Assembly: GCA_963749915.1 (NCBI GenBank) | Contig: CAVVOP010000021.1 | Location: forward strand, 64,001 to 128,000 | Source of the DNA: an uncultured cyanobacterium | Lineage (GTDB): Bacteria; Cyanobacteriota; Cyanobacteriia; Cyanobacteriales; Cyanobacteriaceae | Length of the DNA stretch: 64,000 bases | Reading direction: 5' to 3' | Shown here: piece by piece, positions 61,154 through 64,000 of the stretch | Numbering within the stretch: position 1 is the first letter of the stretch | Layout: every line of letters begins with the position of its first letter | Notes under the pieces: generated by a model | The model's input: the letters and a program-made list of their open reading frames with translations, nothing else | What the model was told of the DNA's origin: nothing | Database searches by the model: none | Made by a program: the position numbers and the translations under genes

Positions 61154-61234
61154 GCGGACGTGGCGGAATTGGTAGACGCGCTAGATTTAGGTTCTAGTAT
61201 CATTGATGTGAGAGTTCGAGTCTCTCCGTCCGCA
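61154..61234 (+). tRNA. trnL: tRNA-Leu(TAG)
   Basis: GCGGACGTGGCGGAATTGGTAGACGCGCTAGATT-TAG-GTTCTAG..GAGAGTTCGAGTCTCTC CGTCCGCA. Confidence 0.95.
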
Positions 61235-61320
61235 TATTGTAGGTTATTGATTTGGCCTCTCGGAAGATTATGAGGTTTTTTTCAAGAAGCCTTAAATAGT
61301 TGACCATGGAACAAGAAAAA

Positions 61321-62124
61321 TTAGTAGGCATAAGGGTTTCGTGGTGTAGAAATAGTTTTGACTTCTGTCGCTTTTAACACTAATTGACGTTTATCTTTTC
61401 TTTCCTTGTGAGAAGAGGAATCAAGGAGAGGTAGAGTTTCGGTTTTCATTATTCCTTGTATTTCTAACCAACTATCAGCCGAAAAATTGCTTTTCGATTT
61501 TGGTAACTCGACGAGGATACCCACAGGATAAGCATCGACGGCACAACAAGTGAGCACAAAACGGGATAAGTAAATATAATTGTTCGGTAGTTGGTCCAAA
61601 TGTACGACAAATCCTGTAATATTTGCTTTTTGTCCTGTATAGGTATCTGGTTCAGGATAAACATTAAGGACTCTTACCCATTCTATCAGCGATCGCTTTT
61701 CTGGGGATGTTTGGGTGAAAAAAGACTGAGTTTGTAGTGTCGTAGGGGGCAAGGAATCAACCACTCCTCTTTGTATAGCTGTTTGACTACTCAATACCAT
61801 CGGTTTAGTTATTAAGCCTAAAACTGCGACGAAAGTTAATAAACTACTAGCCCATCCTTTTGGTAATAAATTAGAGTGTTGATTATTGGTAGCATTGTTT
61901 TGATTATAGTTTTTTTTACTATAGATAAATAATTGAATTATTTTGGCTATAAAGAATAGAAATAAAACTAAACTACTAATTAATACTAGGATAAAATAAT
62001 TGGGATGTATTAATAAATTTAACTCTCCGGTAACCCAATATTTAAACAGTAATAACGACCATAAAAAAAATGCTACTATATCAAAAATGTTCAACCATAA
62101 TTCCTTTTTTTTAAAATTATTCAT
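61321..62124 (-). CDS. TIGR03943/DUF1980 putative permease subunit
   Basis: LLIHPNY, YPEPD.Y.GQ..ITGFV, SRFVLTCCAVDA; paired with the DUF318 permease. Confidence 0.88.
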   Translation of the reverse strand: MNNFKKKELWLNIFDIVAFFLWSLLLFKYWVTGELNLLIHPNYFILVLISSLVLFLFFIAKIIQLFIYSKKNYNQNNATNNQHSNLLPKGWASSLLTFVAVLGLITKPMVLSSQTAIQRGVVDSLPPTTLQTQSFFTQTSPEKRSLIEWVRVLNVYPEPDTYTGQKANITGFVVHLDQLPNNYIYLSRFVLTCCAVDAYPVGILVELPKSKSNFSADSWLEIQGIMKTETLPLLDSSSHKERKDKRQLVLKATEVKTISTPRNPYAY

Positions 62125-62146
62125 TTGCTTGTATTACTTGGTATGT

Positions 62147-63181
62147 CTAAAAAAAATAACTATAGGATAAGGTGAAAATAAAAGTTAGTTGAGCGACGAT
62201 GGCTGTCAAATAAATAATCATTCTGGGCTTAAAAATAGACAGCATTAAACCAATTGCTTTAATATCAATCATAGGACCAAAAACTAAAAAAGCCACTAAA
62301 GATCCTGTGGTAAAAGTAGAGGCAAAAGACAAAACAAAGAAAGAATCGACAGTGGAACAAATAGAAACTACGACGGCTAAAATCATCATTGCGAGAATAG
62401 AAGAAATGGTATCTTGTCCTAAATTCAAGATTATTTCCCTAGGGACAAAAACTTGAATAAAAGCGGCGATGGCACTACCTAAAATTAAAATGCCCCCTAA
62501 TTCTCGTAACTCAATTTGTACATTATTAATAAATAAATCCCATTTTTGCCACCATGAAACTTTCATATTTTGATTATCAGCAGTTTTGAGCAAATCTTCA
62601 TCCATTTTTATCGTTTTACCCTCTCCTCCCAAAATAAAACTTCCTGATTGCAATAAAGTATATTCTTTGACTTTTGTCTGTTTAGGAGCTAACTTTTCGG
62701 CTTCATTTGTTTGCATTAAAACCGTTAAACGCTTGGCTAATAAAGGTTTGAGAAGAGGACGAGGATCGGATTGAAAACTAAAAATACACCCCATAGTGAT
62801 AGCAATGGCGAGGGAAAAAATAATTCTTAACCAGACGATGTGAGGTTGTCCTCGAAAAGCAACATAGGTTGACCATAAAACTACAGGATTAACCGCTGGT
62901 GCGGCTAAAAGGAATGAAATGGCGACGGAAGTGGGTAAACCTTTCAATAAAAATCTACGAGCTACAGGCACATTTCCACATTCACAAACGGGGAAAAAAA
63001 AGCCAAAAATACTGCCGATAATTGCACCGATAAAAGGATTTTTGGGAAGTTTAGTAATTAATACATTTTCATCGATAAAAAATATCAGGCTACTAGATAA
63101 CAAGACCCCAATTAAAAGAAAAGGCATTGCTTCTACTAATAAACTGGTAAAGAGTGTAAAAGCACTATATATTTGATTCAT
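62147..63181 (-). CDS. Predicted permease (DUF318 family)
   Basis: EAMPFLLIG, PVCECGNVP, FLLAAP.NP, SICSTVD, FGPMIDIK. Confidence 0.9.
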   Translation of the reverse strand: MNQIYSAFTLFTSLLVEAMPFLLIGVLLSSSLIFFIDENVLITKLPKNPFIGAIIGSIFGFFFPVCECGNVPVARRFLLKGLPTSVAISFLLAAPAVNPVVLWSTYVAFRGQPHIVWLRIIFSLAIAITMGCIFSFQSDPRPLLKPLLAKRLTVLMQTNEAEKLAPKQTKVKEYTLLQSGSFILGGEGKTIKMDEDLLKTADNQNMKVSWWQKWDLFINNVQIELRELGGILILGSAIAAFIQVFVPREIILNLGQDTISSILAMMILAVVVSICSTVDSFFVLSFASTFTTGSLVAFLVFGPMIDIKAIGLMLSIFKPRMIIYLTAIVAQLTFIFTLSYSYFF

Positions 63182-63237
63182 AAAACTATAATAAACAATT
63201 AGCCATTAGCAATTAATTAGCTATTTACTGTCAACTG

Positions 63238-64000
63238 TCAATAGTTAACTAACATTATTTGCACATCATCGCCGATTTCAATTAAATTGGTACCGGTGGG
63301 AATAATGGCTAAAGCATTAATTTGTTGTAAATTAACTAAATTTCCTGAGTTGTGAGAACCTTTGGCAAGGTTAAACTGATAATGTCCTTTGATCCAGTTC
63401 GCATTACCCCAGAGATAAGTTTCTCTTGTACCTTGTGATCGCAAATGATTATGGGTGATAGCTTGAATCATAAGAGGATAATTATAATTTGTTCTGGCGG
63501 ATAATTTTTCCATGGCTGTCTGTAAAAAGCGCCAACAAGTCACCATGGTGGAAACAGGATTTCCCGGAATGCCAAAATATAATTTATCTTCGCCAAAAGT
63601 CGCTACGGTTAAGGGTTTGCCTGGCTTCATTTTCACCCCTTTGACTTGAATTTCCCCCCCCAATTTTTCCAAGATTTGATCCACATAATCATAATCTCCC
63701 ACAGATACCCCACCAGTAGAAATCACCCAGTCGGCTTTATTTAAGGCAGAAGTAATGGCATTTTCCAAGGCTACAGGATTATCGGGAGTAATACCTAAAG
63801 GCAAGGGAATTCCACCATTTTGTTGGATAAAACTAGCTAATAAATATTGATTAGAGTCTATGATTTTGCCTTTTTTCATAGGTTGATCTGGGGTAATTAA
63901 CTCATCCCCAGTGGAAAGAATAGCAATAATGGGCGATCGCACCACAGGTACTTGTAAACATTGAGCAGTGGCTAAAATAGCCATTTCTGGGGGATTAATT
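63238..64000 (-). CDS. moeA: Molybdopterin molybdotransferase (5' part lies beyond the window)
   Basis: ILSTGDEL, DSNQY, STGGVSVGDYD, MKPGKP, GIPGNPVS. Confidence 0.93.
   Translation of the reverse strand, partial: INPPEMAILATAQCLQVPVVRSPIIAILSTGDELITPDQPMKKGKIIDSNQYLLASFIQQNGGIPLPLGITPDNPVALENAITSALNKADWVISTGGVSVGDYDYVDQILEKLGGEIQVKGVKMKPGKPLTVATFGEDKLYFGIPGNPVSTMVTCWRFLQTAMEKLSARTNYNYPLMIQAITHNHLRSQGTRETYLWGNANWIKGHYQFNLAKGSHNSGNLVNLQQINALAIIPTGTNLIEIGDDVQIMLVNY

Noticed and set aside
121..63940. Frequent GCGATCGC octamers and short heptamer runs (e.g. 59660-59775)
   Set aside because: These are ordinary cyanobacterial HIP1 and STRR-type repeats, used only as a taxonomic cue.

Overview
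AT-rich chromosomal window of a unicellular cyanobacterium (psbD, ndhS, ldpA, hoxUYH, many HIP1 GCGATCGC octamers; overall style suggests Cyanobacterium/Geminocystis, which is inference). It is mostly housekeeping genes (malQ, murG, purC, bamA, hisG, hisIE, mrdA, rsmA, pyrC, miaB, moeA) plus two tRNA-Leu genes. The main finding lies directly behind the bidirectional [NiFe]-hydrogenase genes hoxU-hoxY-(2 inserted genes)-hoxH. It is a three-gene module: a thioredoxin-like [2Fe-2S] protein, a stand-alone PAS protein ending in the C-terminal helix of sensory [FeFe]-hydrogenases, and a SpoIIE/PP2C phosphatase. This mirrors the hfsA-hfsB-hfsC/HydS H2-sensing operons of anaerobes but lacks the [FeFe] domain. 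Other notable items are: a cmpABCD bicarbonate-transporter operon collapsed into one chimeric ORF; a precisely inserting 51-nt structured element with one copy nested in another; a four-helix-bundle gene inside nested inverted repeats; a peptidase gene bracketed by terminal inverted repeats; a two-copy MITE; IS1182 and IS605/tnpB remnants; a probable PsrR1-like sRNA; and a Fur-boxed isiC-like gene with a duplication scar. All family assignments come from recalled motifs; no database searches were run.
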